The notes under the pieces are model-generated. The model ran no database searches, was not told the origin of the DNA, and saw only the letters and a list, made by a program, of their open reading frames with translations. A DNA stretch of 64,000 nucleotides from Candidatus Magasanikbacteria bacterium CG11_big_fil_rev_8_21_14_0_20_39_34 (lineage in GTDB: Bacteria > Patescibacteriota > Patescibacteriia > Magasanikbacterales > UBA922), in the NCBI GenBank assembly GCA_002787355.1, contig PCWN01000007.1, positions 315,552 through 379,551 of the forward strand, in the 5' to 3' direction. A program made the translations under genes and the position numbers. How positions within the stretch are numbered: position 1 is the first letter of the stretch; each line of letters opens with the position of its first letter. Below, piece by piece: positions 18,698 to 28,362 of the stretch.

Positions 18698-19297
18698 TTA
18701 CAAATTTCTGATGACCTTTACGACCACACCCTGCACGTCTACCTGTCTATGATACGTTGGCTCGTATTTCCCATTGGCCGGCTGTAGCCGTATCCTGTTC
18801 TGCTCTTGGTATATCCGCTTTAATGTCGCCTCGCTGTCTTCGAGAAGTGCAACGACCGTATCGCCATTGTCCGCACTCTTTTGCTGTTTTGCGATGATAA
18901 TATCTCCGTCGAGGATACCGTCTTCAATCATGGAATCGCCTTTGGCTCTTAGAGCGAATAGCCTACCTCGCAGAGCGTACTCCCTGGCGACTTTGACTGT
19001 TGTATCGTCGTATTCCTCAAGAGCTTCAATGGGTGAACCGCATGAAATAGTCCCTTTTATGGGAACCTCGATATAATCCGTGCGTTTTTTGGGCAGTGAG
19101 AGGCCTCTTTCTCGACGGTCGTACCGTTTGAGGAAGCCTTTATCCACCAAAGCCGAAACACGGTCGTGTACGGTTGATATGGCGGATAATTCAAAATGAT
19201 CTCGGATGTCATCGAAAGAGGGGGCGTACCCGTTCTGGTCGATGTACGAGGTGATGTAGTCGAGCGTTTCTCGTTGTCTTTTCGTCAGCGTGTTCAT
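18698..19297 (-). CDS. lexA: LexA repressor
   Basis: LTKRQ..GYAPS wHTH, Cys-Gly cleavage site (SCGSP), GDSM Ser, ATLKR Lys. Confidence 0.95.
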   Translation of the reverse strand: MNTLTKRQRETLDYITSYIDQNGYAPSFDDIRDHFELSAISTVHDRVSALVDKGFLKRYDRRERGLSLPKKRTDYIEVPIKGTISCGSPIEALEEYDDTTVKVAREYALRGRLFALRAKGDSMIEDGILDGDIIIAKQQKSADNGDTVVALLEDSEATLKRIYQEQNRIRLQPANGKYEPTYHRQVDVQGVVVKVIRNL

Positions 19298-19304
19298 GTG
19301 GTAT

Positions 19305-19375
19305 ATTATAACCGAAGAAAATCCGAATAGCAAATCCGAAAAAGTGTGGACAAGTGCTCAAAAAAGGAGTATCAT
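19305..19375. promoter_or_regulatory. Divergent lexA/mod promoters with three TTCGG repeats (candidate SOS boxes)
   Basis: Minus strand TTGCTA-17-TATAAT with TTCGG at 19340, 19327, 19316; plus strand TGGACA-17-TATCAT (19347-19375). Confidence 0.65.
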
Positions 19376-19405
19376 ATAAATCGTTAGACAAAACCCGTAC
19401 TAATT

Positions 19406-20953
19406 ATGCCTACACTCAACTGGATCGGTAAAGAGGCAGTAGTCAATCATGACAAAGAAGTCCCTTTCAAGCTCCTCAAAAAAGTAAAATCTCAATCAGT
19501 AGGTGAAAATTCACACAATCTGATTATCCATGGCGATAACCTAGAGGCATTAAAAGCATTAATGCCTTATTATGTTGGAAAAATAAAATGTATCTACATT
19601 GATCCCCCTTACAACACTGGAAACGAGGGGTGGGTTTATAACGATAAGGTTAATTCGCCAAAAATAAAAAAGTGGCTTGGAAAGGTTGTAGGTAATGAAC
19701 CTACAGACCTCTGTAGACATGATAAGTGGTTGTGCATGATGTATCCACGCTTAAAACTTTTGCGTGATCTTTTGCGTGATGATGGTGCTATTTTTATATC
19801 TATTGATGACAACGAACATTGTCATTTGAAAATGATTTTAGATGAAATGTTTGGCATTGAAAATTTTGTTACAAACATCATTTGGCAAAAAAAATATACA
19901 CAAAGTAATGATGCAAAATATTTTTCATCTACGCATGATTTTATAGTGTGCTATGCAAAAAATATTAAGAATGCGGATTTCAAAATAAATCTTTTAGAAA
20001 GAACGGAGAAACAGAACGCACGTTACAAAAATTTGGATAATGACCCACGGGGGCCATGGATGACACAGCCCCTACATGCAAAAAGTGGAAATGACAAAAC
20101 CTATACGTTTACATTTCAAAATGGTGTTAAATGGAAGCCCCCAGCAGGTACTTTTCCGAGATATAGTTTAGACACTTTGCGGAAGGCTGAGATGAACGGT
20201 GAAATATGGTTTGGAGCAAAAGGGACTGCCGTGCCACGTCTTAAAAAATACTTGAATGAAATGAAAGACGGCGTTATACCTAAAACAATTTGGCTTTATG
20301 ATGAGGTTGGTAGTAATGACGATGCAAAAAAAGAATTAAAGAATGTTTTTGACGACAATCCCTTTGCGACACCAAAGCCAACAAAACTATTGAAAACAAT
20401 TTTTAAAATTTCATCAGGGAAAGACGATATTGTATTAGATTCATTTGCTGGATCAGGCACTGCTGGACATTCAATTTTGGATCTCAATAAAGAAGACGGC
20501 GGAAAAAGAAAATTTATTCTTGTAGAAATGGAAGATGATATTGCTAAAAATATCACCGCCGAAAGAATAAGACGAGTGTGCAAAACAAATGAATATTCAG
20601 ATGGTTTTGAATATTGTGAGCTTACAAAACCACTTTTTGATGAAAATGGTCAAATAGAGAAAGAGTGTGACTTCAATCAGTTTGCCACATATATCTATTT
20701 TACCGAAACGCAGACAAACATCGACAAGGCAAAAATCAATAAGAATTTTATCGGTGAATACAGCGACACACATTTTTATCTTATCTACAAAGAGAAAGGC
20801 AAAAATGTTCTTACCAAAACTTTTTTACGACAGCTCAAAAAAGACGGTGCGAGAAAAATCGTTTATGCTGATCGCTGTATGGTTGACGATGATATTCTTG
20901 AAGAATACAACATTGTATTTAAGCAAATCCCTTACGAGGTAAAAGTTTACTAA
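19406..20953 (+). CDS. mod: Type III restriction-modification methyltransferase (Mod)
   Basis: IHGDNLEAL, IYIDPPYNTG, TPKP, VLDSFAGSGT. Confidence 0.93.
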   Translation: MPTLNWIGKEAVVNHDKEVPFKLLKKVKSQSVGENSHNLIIHGDNLEALKALMPYYVGKIKCIYIDPPYNTGNEGWVYNDKVNSPKIKKWLGKVVGNEPTDLCRHDKWLCMMYPRLKLLRDLLRDDGAIFISIDDNEHCHLKMILDEMFGIENFVTNIIWQKKYTQSNDAKYFSSTHDFIVCYAKNIKNADFKINLLERTEKQNARYKNLDNDPRGPWMTQPLHAKSGNDKTYTFTFQNGVKWKPPAGTFPRYSLDTLRKAEMNGEIWFGAKGTAVPRLKKYLNEMKDGVIPKTIWLYDEVGSNDDAKKELKNVFDDNPFATPKPTKLLKTIFKISSGKDDIVLDSFAGSGTAGHSILDLNKEDGGKRKFILVEMEDDIAKNITAERIRRVCKTNEYSDGFEYCELTKPLFDENGQIEKECDFNQFATYIYFTETQTNIDKAKINKNFIGEYSDTHFYLIYKEKGKNVLTKTFLRQLKKDGARKIVYADRCMVDDDILEEYNIVFKQIPYEVKVY

Positions 20954-20957
20954 TCCT

Positions 20958-23222
20958 ATGCAACTAAAAACCTATCAGCAACAAGCCCTTGAGACGTTGC
21001 AAAACTACCTCGAGGAAATGAAGAAAGTCGGCTCAAAATATGCGTTCATGGGCACGACTGATACGCCGTACAATAGTGAGTATTTTGGTGAAACACCTTT
21101 TGTCTGTATCAAGATTCCGACCGGTGGTGGAAAGACAATGGTCGGTTGTCATGCAACGGTTGAAATCATGCGTAAAGCCCTTGCTTATAAAATGGAGCGC
21201 GGTATTGTAATGTGGTTTGTACCGTCAGAAGCAATCAAGACACAGACATTGCGTAAATTCAAAGACCGAAATGACTGGCACAGACGTATCCTTGATGAGA
21301 GTTTTGAAAATGGCGTGCGTATTTTTTCAAATGAAGAAGCACTCCGTATTCGCAAAGAAGATGTTGACGACAACCTCTGTATTATCATTTCAAGCCTTGA
21401 GGCGTTCCGAAAAGAAAAGAAGCTCCAAAACAAATACAAGGTTTATCAGGAGAACGGTGCACTTCTTAGCTTTTTTGAACATATCAAGAGTGAAGACGGG
21501 TTAGAAAAAGATGAAGAAGGAACGGTTATCAATTCACTTGCAAACGTCATCCGCATGGATAATCCACTTATCGTTATTGATGAGGGGCATAAAACACAAA
21601 CAAAACTCTCTATCGACTTTTTGAGCGACCTCAATCCGTCCTTTATTGTGGAATATACCGCTACTCCTCGCAAGGGTAGTAATATACTCGTGGATATTTC
21701 TGCGTCTGCTCTCAAGGAAGAAAACATGGTGAAAATCCCTATTGTCCTTGAAAGTAGTAACCAATGGGGCAATGCCATTGTACGAGGTATGGAGCAGCGG
21801 GATGAGCTGGAAAAAGAGGCAAAGAAATTAAAATCCGAGTATATTCGACCGATTGCTCTTATTCAAGCACAGCCACATAGCAAGACACAAAAGAACGTTA
21901 CGGTAGAAGAAGTCAAAGACTTTCTTCTCAGGGCGAAAATCCCCGAGGATCAAATCGCAACTAAAACATCCAATACAAATGAACTCGAGGGCGTAGACTT
22001 GTTTAGTAAAAAGTGTAAAATTCGTTATATCATCACCGTAAGCGCGCTTGCTGAGGGTTGGGATTGTTCCTTTGCGTATGCGCTTATCTCTGTTGCGAAC
22101 GTGGGATCAAAAATTGCTGTTGAGCAGATTATCGGACGTATCTTACGTATGCCATACGCCGAGAAAAAAACTATCGAAAGCCTCAATCGTTCATATATTT
22201 TTGCGTCGGCAAAAAACTTTAACGAGGCGGCAACTCAGATTATCTCCGGCTTAGAAGCTAACGGATACAGTAAACACGACTTGGTAAGTAGATCAAATAA
22301 AGACGAGAAATACGAACTTGAAGTAGAGCGAACAGTAGACGAAGACTTTGCTATACCAATGATGAGCCTAGACGGTGACAAACTCTCGTTTGAAGATCTT
22401 GTAGGAGAAAAATTTGAACTTGCAAAACAAAACCCTGACTTTGACTTTGATATTCACTGGGATAGCGACGGTCGCGCGATTATTGATATTGAAGGTGACA
22501 AATGGACGAAAGGACGACAACTAATGCTACACCTCACATACAGGGATAAAAACTTCTCTCGAGAAGAATTGACCCAATGGCTCGACAAAAAGCTCCGTTT
22601 TACACTCCTTGATAAGCAGGACAAAGTGGCATTTATTAAAAAAGTTATTGACGGACAGCTCAAGCAGAAATCTCTTGCCGACTTATCAGTCAATCGTTAT
22701 CTATTCCGTGATCGTCTTGATAAAGCAATCAACGATATTTTAGAGGAATACGCAAAGAAACAATTTGACGCACAAATGAAAAAAGGAGAGGTGAAACTTA
22801 AGAAGTTTGAAGCGTTCCCTGCCTCTATCATACTCGGGCAAGAAATACCGCAGTCGTTCAACAAAAGCTACTACGAAAAAGTAGACAAACTCAATAAAGA
22901 AGAATTGAACTTTATCGAACGCCTTGACCTAGATACGTTGCCAAACATAGAATTTTGGATTAGAAACCGAGAAAAAAGAGATCCATTCTATATTCAAGGC
23001 TGGCGTAAAGGAAAATTCTATCCCGACTTTATCGTAAAAACAAAAAAAGGAAATATTGTTGCGCTTGAATGGAAAGGTGAAGACCGTATATCAAATGACG
23101 ATACAGAATACAAAGTTGCTATTGGTGAAACGTGGCAGGATTTGAGCAAGGGTAAATTACACTTCTTTCTTGTTCATAATGGGAATGTGGAGGAGGTTTT
23201 GAATGAACTAAAACAAAAATAA
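20958..23222 (+). CDS. res: Type III restriction endonuclease (Res; SF2 helicase + PD-(D/E)xK)
   Basis: PTGGGKT, DEGH, TATP, EGWD, QIIGRILR, FYPDF..ALEWKG. Confidence 0.9.
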   Translation: MQLKTYQQQALETLQNYLEEMKKVGSKYAFMGTTDTPYNSEYFGETPFVCIKIPTGGGKTMVGCHATVEIMRKALAYKMERGIVMWFVPSEAIKTQTLRKFKDRNDWHRRILDESFENGVRIFSNEEALRIRKEDVDDNLCIIISSLEAFRKEKKLQNKYKVYQENGALLSFFEHIKSEDGLEKDEEGTVINSLANVIRMDNPLIVIDEGHKTQTKLSIDFLSDLNPSFIVEYTATPRKGSNILVDISASALKEENMVKIPIVLESSNQWGNAIVRGMEQRDELEKEAKKLKSEYIRPIALIQAQPHSKTQKNVTVEEVKDFLLRAKIPEDQIATKTSNTNELEGVDLFSKKCKIRYIITVSALAEGWDCSFAYALISVANVGSKIAVEQIIGRILRMPYAEKKTIESLNRSYIFASAKNFNEAATQIISGLEANGYSKHDLVSRSNKDEKYELEVERTVDEDFAIPMMSLDGDKLSFEDLVGEKFELAKQNPDFDFDIHWDSDGRAIIDIEGDKWTKGRQLMLHLTYRDKNFSREELTQWLDKKLRFTLLDKQDKVAFIKKVIDGQLKQKSLADLSVNRYLFRDRLDKAINDILEEYAKKQFDAQMKKGEVKLKKFEAFPASIILGQEIPQSFNKSYYEKVDKLNKEELNFIERLDLDTLPNIEFWIRNREKRDPFYIQGWRKGKFYPDFIVKTKKGNIVALEWKGEDRISNDDTEYKVAIGETWQDLSKGKLHFFLVHNGNVEEVLNELKQK

Positions 23223-23235
23223 CAGACAAAATTGT

Positions 23236-24132
23236 ATGTCATGGGAAGATACATTTAAATCGTGGGGGGCTGCCCCAGGTACAACAGAACAGCAAAAAAT
23301 GGAAAATGCTGAGAATGCTGTTCGTAAGGCAATTAACGCTGAAACTGTGCTTAAAAACATGGATATTTCGATTATCCCGCAGGGCTCATACAAGTCTCGA
23401 ACGAATGTAAGGCAAGATAGTGATGTGGATATTTGTATTTGTCTGAACTCTACTTTTTTTCCAAGATATCCGATTGGTAAGACAAAAGAAGATTATGGCA
23501 ATATCGATGGCAGTATAAACTTTGATGAGTATAGAAATCTGGTGCAAAGAGCCTTGCAGAATTATTTTGGAACAGAATATGTTACACCTGGCAATAAAGC
23601 ATTTGATATACACTCAAATACATCTAGAGTTGATGCTGATGTTGTACCTGCATTTGCCTACCGGTATTATCATGGAGAGGGTGAAAACGATTATCAACAA
23701 CCACTCGGCATCGCTTTTCTGACAAATAACGAGAAAAAAAAGATAATAAATTGGCCTCATCATACTTATGATAACGGCAAAGAAAAACAGCAACGTACAG
23801 GACAACGCTATAAAAAAGTGGTTAGAATCATCAAAAAATTGAGAAATAAAATGCAAGAAGAAAGTATTTCAGAATCACAGGATATAGCATCTTTTTTGAT
23901 AGAAAGTATGGTTTGGAATGCACCAGATAGTCATTTCAATCGTGATACTTATACTGCAGACGTGCGTGCTGTTCTGGCATATTGTTTTAATGAAACTTTA
24001 CCCAATGGGAGTCATGGAAAGCTTGGGGAGGTAAATGATTTTAAGTATTTATTTGGGGATCACCAGCCATGGTCAAGAGAACGAGCTCATAAATTTTTTT
24101 CTTCAGCCTGGGATTATTTAGGATTTGAATAA
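23236..24132 (+). CDS. cdnE: CBASS cGAS/DncV-like nucleotidyltransferase, CdnE-like
   Basis: QGSYKSRTNVRQDSDVDI, GNKAF, DADVVPAF, INWP, SFLIES, EVNDFKYLF. Confidence 0.9.
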   Translation: MSWEDTFKSWGAAPGTTEQQKMENAENAVRKAINAETVLKNMDISIIPQGSYKSRTNVRQDSDVDICICLNSTFFPRYPIGKTKEDYGNIDGSINFDEYRNLVQRALQNYFGTEYVTPGNKAFDIHSNTSRVDADVVPAFAYRYYHGEGENDYQQPLGIAFLTNNEKKKIINWPHHTYDNGKEKQQRTGQRYKKVVRIIKKLRNKMQEESISESQDIASFLIESMVWNAPDSHFNRDTYTADVRAVLAYCFNETLPNGSHGKLGEVNDFKYLFGDHQPWSRERAHKFFSSAWDYLGFE

Positions 24133-24134
24133 AT

Positions 24135-24752
24135 ATGGAAAAAGTTGATAGGAAAATAAGAGCATATTCTCAGGTGATTACTTTTTTAGTAGTATGGTTT
24201 GTTGTTGTTATTCTGACTAACTCATACTCTACGACTGACTTGCTCCCCGCCATTAAAAGAATCCCTTTAGCTATATCAATTTATGTAATTCTTGCAAGTA
24301 TTTTTGTAAAGTGGATATGGCGTTGGAAAATTTTTCAAGGTTGGTTAATAAAAGTGCCTGATCTACAAGGCACATGGGAAGGTGAATTAAAAAGTGATTG
24401 GATAAATCCCGAAACAGGAAAAGGTATTGATCCAATTCCTATGCTATTAGTGATAAAACAAACCTTTACTTCCATAAATTGTACATTGATGACAAAAGAA
24501 TCTACCAGCTATAGTACGACTGCGGACTTTGAATATGTTCATGGAGGTGACGCTGTTTATCTAACATATAATTATACAAACCGGCCTAAAGCAACTATAA
24601 GAGATAGAAGTGCTATACACGACGGTGCTGCAATTTTGAAAGTAATTAAGGATCCTGAACGCAGACTTGAGGGTGAATATTGGACAAGTAGAAAAACACG
24701 GGGCGATATTAGTATACATTTTGGTTCAAAGGATTTGGCTGAAAGATTTTAA
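24135..24752 (+). CDS. cap15: CBASS effector Cap15 (2TM + beta-barrel)
   Basis: Two N-terminal TMs, WIWRW, PDLQGTWEGELKS, IKQTF, YTNRP, HDG, LEGEYWTSRKTRG; 2 nt after cdnE. Confidence 0.88.
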   Translation: MEKVDRKIRAYSQVITFLVVWFVVVILTNSYSTTDLLPAIKRIPLAISIYVILASIFVKWIWRWKIFQGWLIKVPDLQGTWEGELKSDWINPETGKGIDPIPMLLVIKQTFTSINCTLMTKESTSYSTTADFEYVHGGDAVYLTYNYTNRPKATIRDRSAIHDGAAILKVIKDPERRLEGEYWTSRKTRGDISIHFGSKDLAERF

Positions 24753-24919
24753 GAGTTATGTACGATAAAATTTGGTATTTTTACCCCCTCAAATTCTCAA
24801 AAAAAATATATAGTAGCGAGAGTAAAATTCTTTGCTAATACGCAAACACCTGAATATGCCGTTGTGCTCGGCTCTTTAGATGAAAGACTCACCCCATTTC
24901 AATCGACTCTCTAAAAGAA

Positions 24920-24933
24920 AAGTTCGGAAGTTG
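24920..24933 (+). repeat. 14-bp direct repeat, right copy
   Basis: AAGTTCGGAAGTTG. Confidence 0.85.
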
Positions 24934-24949
24934 TCCAAGTAGCAGAGCA

Positions 24950-24983
24950 AAAAAACTCAAACTCGTAATGGTTTGAGTTTTTT
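24950..24983 (+). terminator. Intrinsic terminator at the island's right edge
   Basis: AAAAAACTCAAAC-8nt-GTTTGAGTTTTTT. Confidence 0.7.
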
Positions 24984-25022
24984 GATATAATAAATGCATT
25001 ATTATTATTCTAAATAGAATAT

Positions 25023-25640
25023 ATGAAAAAGTATTTCTTTATTATGGCATTTGCACTTATTGGATTTGCCTATGCAGGAACTGCTTCTGCACAAATGGGT
25101 ATGATGAATACCAATGGCTCTGTGCATAATGAAGCCATAGACGCAATGATTTTACAAATAACAGAAAGCCAAAATATTACTGATCCAACACAGATAGACT
25201 GTAGTAAAGTTTCCAATGAACAATTTGAAAGTCTGGGAGATGCGTTCATGCAAACCATGGCAAGCAATGACAAGCAACATGAAGCAATGGACTCAATGAT
25301 GGGTGGGGAAGGTTCTGAAAGCCTCACACAAGCACACAGAAATATGGGGCAATCCTACCTTGGCTGTAGCACAGGACGAACTGCAGTAGCCATGCCTATG
25401 ATGGCAAATAATGGAATGATGCAAGGTATGCAATTCCAAGGAATTGAACAACGATTCCCACATCAAAATACAAATATGAACTGGGACAATATGAACCGGG
25501 GAAATATGAAATGGCATGGACAGGGAACATACGCTTTTTCAGCCTTACATATTATTTGTGCAGTGATTACCACGCTTCTTGTCTGGACACTCCTTGTAGT
25601 ATGGATTCTTACTCTTCTTAAGGGACTCAGGAAAAAATAG
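25023..25640 (+). CDS. Met/His-rich exported membrane-anchored hypothetical protein
   Basis: Signal peptide, HEAMDSMMGGEGSESL, C-terminal TM. Confidence 0.75.
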   Translation: MKKYFFIMAFALIGFAYAGTASAQMGMMNTNGSVHNEAIDAMILQITESQNITDPTQIDCSKVSNEQFESLGDAFMQTMASNDKQHEAMDSMMGGEGSESLTQAHRNMGQSYLGCSTGRTAVAMPMMANNGMMQGMQFQGIEQRFPHQNTNMNWDNMNRGNMKWHGQGTYAFSALHIICAVITTLLVWTLLVVWILTLLKGLRKK

Positions 25641-25658
25641 GGAAATATATTCTACAAA

Positions 25659-25685
25659 AAAATAGCGCCTTTGTGGCGCTATTTT
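25659..25685 (+). terminator. Intrinsic terminator
   Basis: AAAATAGCGCC-tttgt-GGCGCTATTTT. Confidence 0.8.
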
Positions 25686-25744
25686 AGCTTTACATGTACC
25701 GTTTGAAAATGATAAAATATTTGCGTTATTCATCATATTTTTTT

Positions 25745-26116
25745 ATGAAAAAAACAAAAATTCTTTTTTGGGTCACTACCACCATTATCTTTCTTTTTGA
25801 AGGAGTACTTACCGCATTTACCTCTCAAAGTGATATGGCAAGAGAAAGCATACAACACCTTGGATACCCGATCTACTTTGGTACCATGCTTGCCGTGTTT
25901 AAAGTTTTGGGTGCATTGGTTCTTATCATTCCAGCCATTCCAAAACGTTTCAAAGAGTGGGCCTATGTAGGTTTTGGAATTGATTTTATTGCTGCACTCG
26001 TTAGTCTTTGGGCGGTAGATGGTTTCAACGCATCCCTTGTACTCCCCGTAGTCTTCATGGCACTCCTTGCCATTTCCTACACCTCTTATCATAAGATGAT
26101 GCCAGAAAAAGCATAA
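25745..26116 (+). CDS. DoxX-like membrane protein
   Basis: HLGYP.YF, KVLG, KEWAYVG. Confidence 0.88.
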   Translation: MKKTKILFWVTTTIIFLFEGVLTAFTSQSDMARESIQHLGYPIYFGTMLAVFKVLGALVLIIPAIPKRFKEWAYVGFGIDFIAALVSLWAVDGFNASLVLPVVFMALLAISYTSYHKMMPEKA

Positions 26117-26128
26117 AATCTTTTTCCC

Positions 26129-26161
26129 AAAAACCATCCGCTCAGAAACGGGTGGTTTTTT
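26129..26161 (+). terminator. Intrinsic terminator
   Basis: AAAACCATCCG..CGGGTGGTTTT. Confidence 0.75.
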
Positions 26162-26216
26162 ATTTCTTTCAAAGTTGGAAAAAAATTGTTATACTATATC
26201 CATTCACATAAAAAAT

Positions 26217-26702
26217 ATGAAAAGATTAAAACACCCACTCAAACTTATCCTTTTTATTATCCTTTGTCACCTTGCAGGAATTTTTGGATCTATCTTTACC
26301 GCCATGAATGTTCAGACCTGGTATACAGAGTTGTATAAACCATGGTTTACACCTCCTGCGTGGGTTTTTGCACCCGTTTGGTTTATTCTCTATACCCTCA
26401 TGGGAATAGCTATTTTCCTCATTTATGAAAAGCGCGTTCTTCTCAAAAGAAAATATAAACACCTTGCTATAGCTTTTTTTTGGGCACAGCTTTTACTCAA
26501 TACTATTTGGTCCCCTATTTTCTTTGGTCTTCAGGACCCAATGCTTGCTTTTTTTGAAATTATACTCCTCCTCATTGTGCTTATAATTACCATCTTCTTC
26601 TTTACCAAAGTAGAGAGAAAAGCTGCATTTTTGCTCTTCCCCTACCTTATCTGGGCATGTTTTGCTGCCGCACTCAATGCAGGAATTTGGCTTCTCAACT
26701 AA
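26217..26702 (+). CDS. tspO: TspO/MBR family protein
   Basis: WYTELYKPWFTPPAWVFAPVW, LNTIWSPIFFG, PYLIW..FA..LN. Confidence 0.93.
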   Translation: MKRLKHPLKLILFIILCHLAGIFGSIFTAMNVQTWYTELYKPWFTPPAWVFAPVWFILYTLMGIAIFLIYEKRVLLKRKYKHLAIAFFWAQLLLNTIWSPIFFGLQDPMLAFFEIILLLIVLIITIFFFTKVERKAAFLLFPYLIWACFAAALNAGIWLLN

Positions 26703-26759
26703 AAGGATTGATTTTTTTCCTTTTTTGCTCTATACTAAGGGTGTTTTTAAGTTTTTTCC

Positions 26760-27620
26760 ATGGCAAAAATAATAGATGGGAAGGCAATTGCAGCGCAAAT
26801 ACACTCCCAATCTCAAAAACGTATTGCAAAAATGAAAAGCAGCCCCAAACTTGCGGTTGTTTTGGTAGGCAACAATAAAGCATCAGAGCGGTATGTAAAA
26901 CATAAGGAAATTGCAGCAAAAGAAATTGGAATGGAATCTACTGTTTTTCCCTTTAAAAGCACTATTACCGCAAAAGAACTTCGAGTTGAAATAGAAAAAA
27001 TTCAAAAAAAATATAAACCCAGTGGAATTATTGTACAGCTCCCTCTTCCACAGAAACTCCGTTCAAAAACTCAAGAAATACTCAATGCCGTGAATCCTGT
27101 TTCAGATGTGGACTGTTTGACGCAAAACAATATTGGAAGACTTGTTACCAATGACTCCCCTTTTGTTCCACCAACTGTTGCAGCTATCATGCATATTTTG
27201 GAAAAAGAGGAAAAGGTTGATCTTAAAGAAAAATATGTAGTCATTGTAGGAGCTGGGATATTGGTAGGAAAACCACTTACTATGCTCATGCTTCACCATG
27301 AAGCAACCGTAACCGTTTGCAATAAATATACAAAAAATCTCAAAAAATTAACGAAGCATGCAGATATTTTAATTACCGCTGTTGGACAAAAACATATTAT
27401 CCGTGCAAACATGATAAAAAAAGGTGCTATTGTTATTGATGTTGGAGTCAGCATAGAAGGGACAAAAATTTATGGGGATGCAAAGTTTGAAGATGTCAAA
27501 AAAAGAGCAAAATCCATTACACCTACTCCTGGAGGTATTGGACCTATCACGGTTGCATACCTTCTCTCCAATACCATAGATGCACAAGAAAATAGGCTCT
27601 CTCAAAAGAGGAAAAAATAA
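26760..27620 (+). CDS. folD: Methylene-THF dehydrogenase/cyclohydrolase
   Basis: IIDGK, YVKHK, IVQLPLP, VGKP, TPTPGGIGPIT. Confidence 0.95.
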   Translation: MAKIIDGKAIAAQIHSQSQKRIAKMKSSPKLAVVLVGNNKASERYVKHKEIAAKEIGMESTVFPFKSTITAKELRVEIEKIQKKYKPSGIIVQLPLPQKLRSKTQEILNAVNPVSDVDCLTQNNIGRLVTNDSPFVPPTVAAIMHILEKEEKVDLKEKYVVIVGAGILVGKPLTMLMLHHEATVTVCNKYTKNLKKLTKHADILITAVGQKHIIRANMIKKGAIVIDVGVSIEGTKIYGDAKFEDVKKRAKSITPTPGGIGPITVAYLLSNTIDAQENRLSQKRKK

Positions 27621-27641
27621 CTTGGCACCAAAAATTGTTCC

Positions 27642-28358
27642 ATGAAAACCGTTATAGTAATTCCCACATACAATGAAGCAAAGAATATCGGTCCACTTCT
27701 TGAGGCAATTTTTCACTTCAATAAAGAAAATCTTTCCGTCCTGGTGGTAGATGATAACTCTCCTGATGGGACGGCAAAAAAAGTGGAAGCACTTCAGGAT
27801 ACCTATCCTGTTACTCTTATCAAAAGAGAAGGAAAATTTGGCCTTGGTTCTGCCTATAGAAAAGGCTTTGAGGAAGCTCTCAAAATGAATGCAGAACTTA
27901 TTTTTGAAATGGATGCTGATTTTTCTCATGCACCGGAAGATATTCCAAAAATGATACTGGCGGCCCAAAATGGAGCTGATCTTGTTGTTGGTTCTCGAAA
28001 AGTTGAGGGAGGAAAAATTCTTGGTTGGGGACCACTTCGTCTTCTTATGAGCAACGGTGCCATGCATTTTTCTCGTATTATCTTAGACCTCAAAACAAAA
28101 GATGTTACAGCAGGATTCCGCTGCTTCAAGGCAAATACACTCCAAAGTATTCCATTGCAAAAAATAAAAAGTAATGGATATGCTTTTCAAGAAGAAATAC
28201 TTTTTTTAGTAGAAAAGAAAAATTTTCAAGTTACTGAGGTCCCCGTTACCTTCAATGATAGAACGCAAGGAAAATCAAAACTCTCCAAAAAAGATATTGT
28301 TGAATTTTTTCTTGTAATGTTTAAACTCAAATTTACAAAAAGAAAAGATTTACTTTAA
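27642..28358 (+). CDS. Polyprenol monophosphomannose synthase-like GT2
   Basis: IPTYNE, VDDNSPDGT, MDADFSH, GYAFQEE. Confidence 0.92.
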   Translation: MKTVIVIPTYNEAKNIGPLLEAIFHFNKENLSVLVVDDNSPDGTAKKVEALQDTYPVTLIKREGKFGLGSAYRKGFEEALKMNAELIFEMDADFSHAPEDIPKMILAAQNGADLVVGSRKVEGGKILGWGPLRLLMSNGAMHFSRIILDLKTKDVTAGFRCFKANTLQSIPLQKIKSNGYAFQEEILFLVEKKNFQVTEVPVTFNDRTQGKSKLSKKDIVEFFLVMFKLKFTKRKDLL

Positions 28359-28362
28359 TCTA

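Larger units (their letters stand above)
17803..24950. mobile_element. Degenerate tRNA-Gln-associated integrative defence island
   Basis: Recombinase remnant converging on the tRNA, defence cargo, boundary repeats GAGCAA (17803/24945) and AAGTTCGGAAGTTG (17866/24920). Confidence 0.7.

Noticed and set aside
24753-24914. Possible third CBASS gene
   Set aside because: Only a 26-codon ORF and a start-less open frame; at most a remnant
17806-24950. Island as an active prophage or ICE
   Set aside because: No structural, replication or conjugation genes; recombinase is broken
27369-28067. 232-aa minus ORF and similar antisense ORFs across the window
   Set aside because: Overlap well-supported genes on the opposite strand and lack motifs
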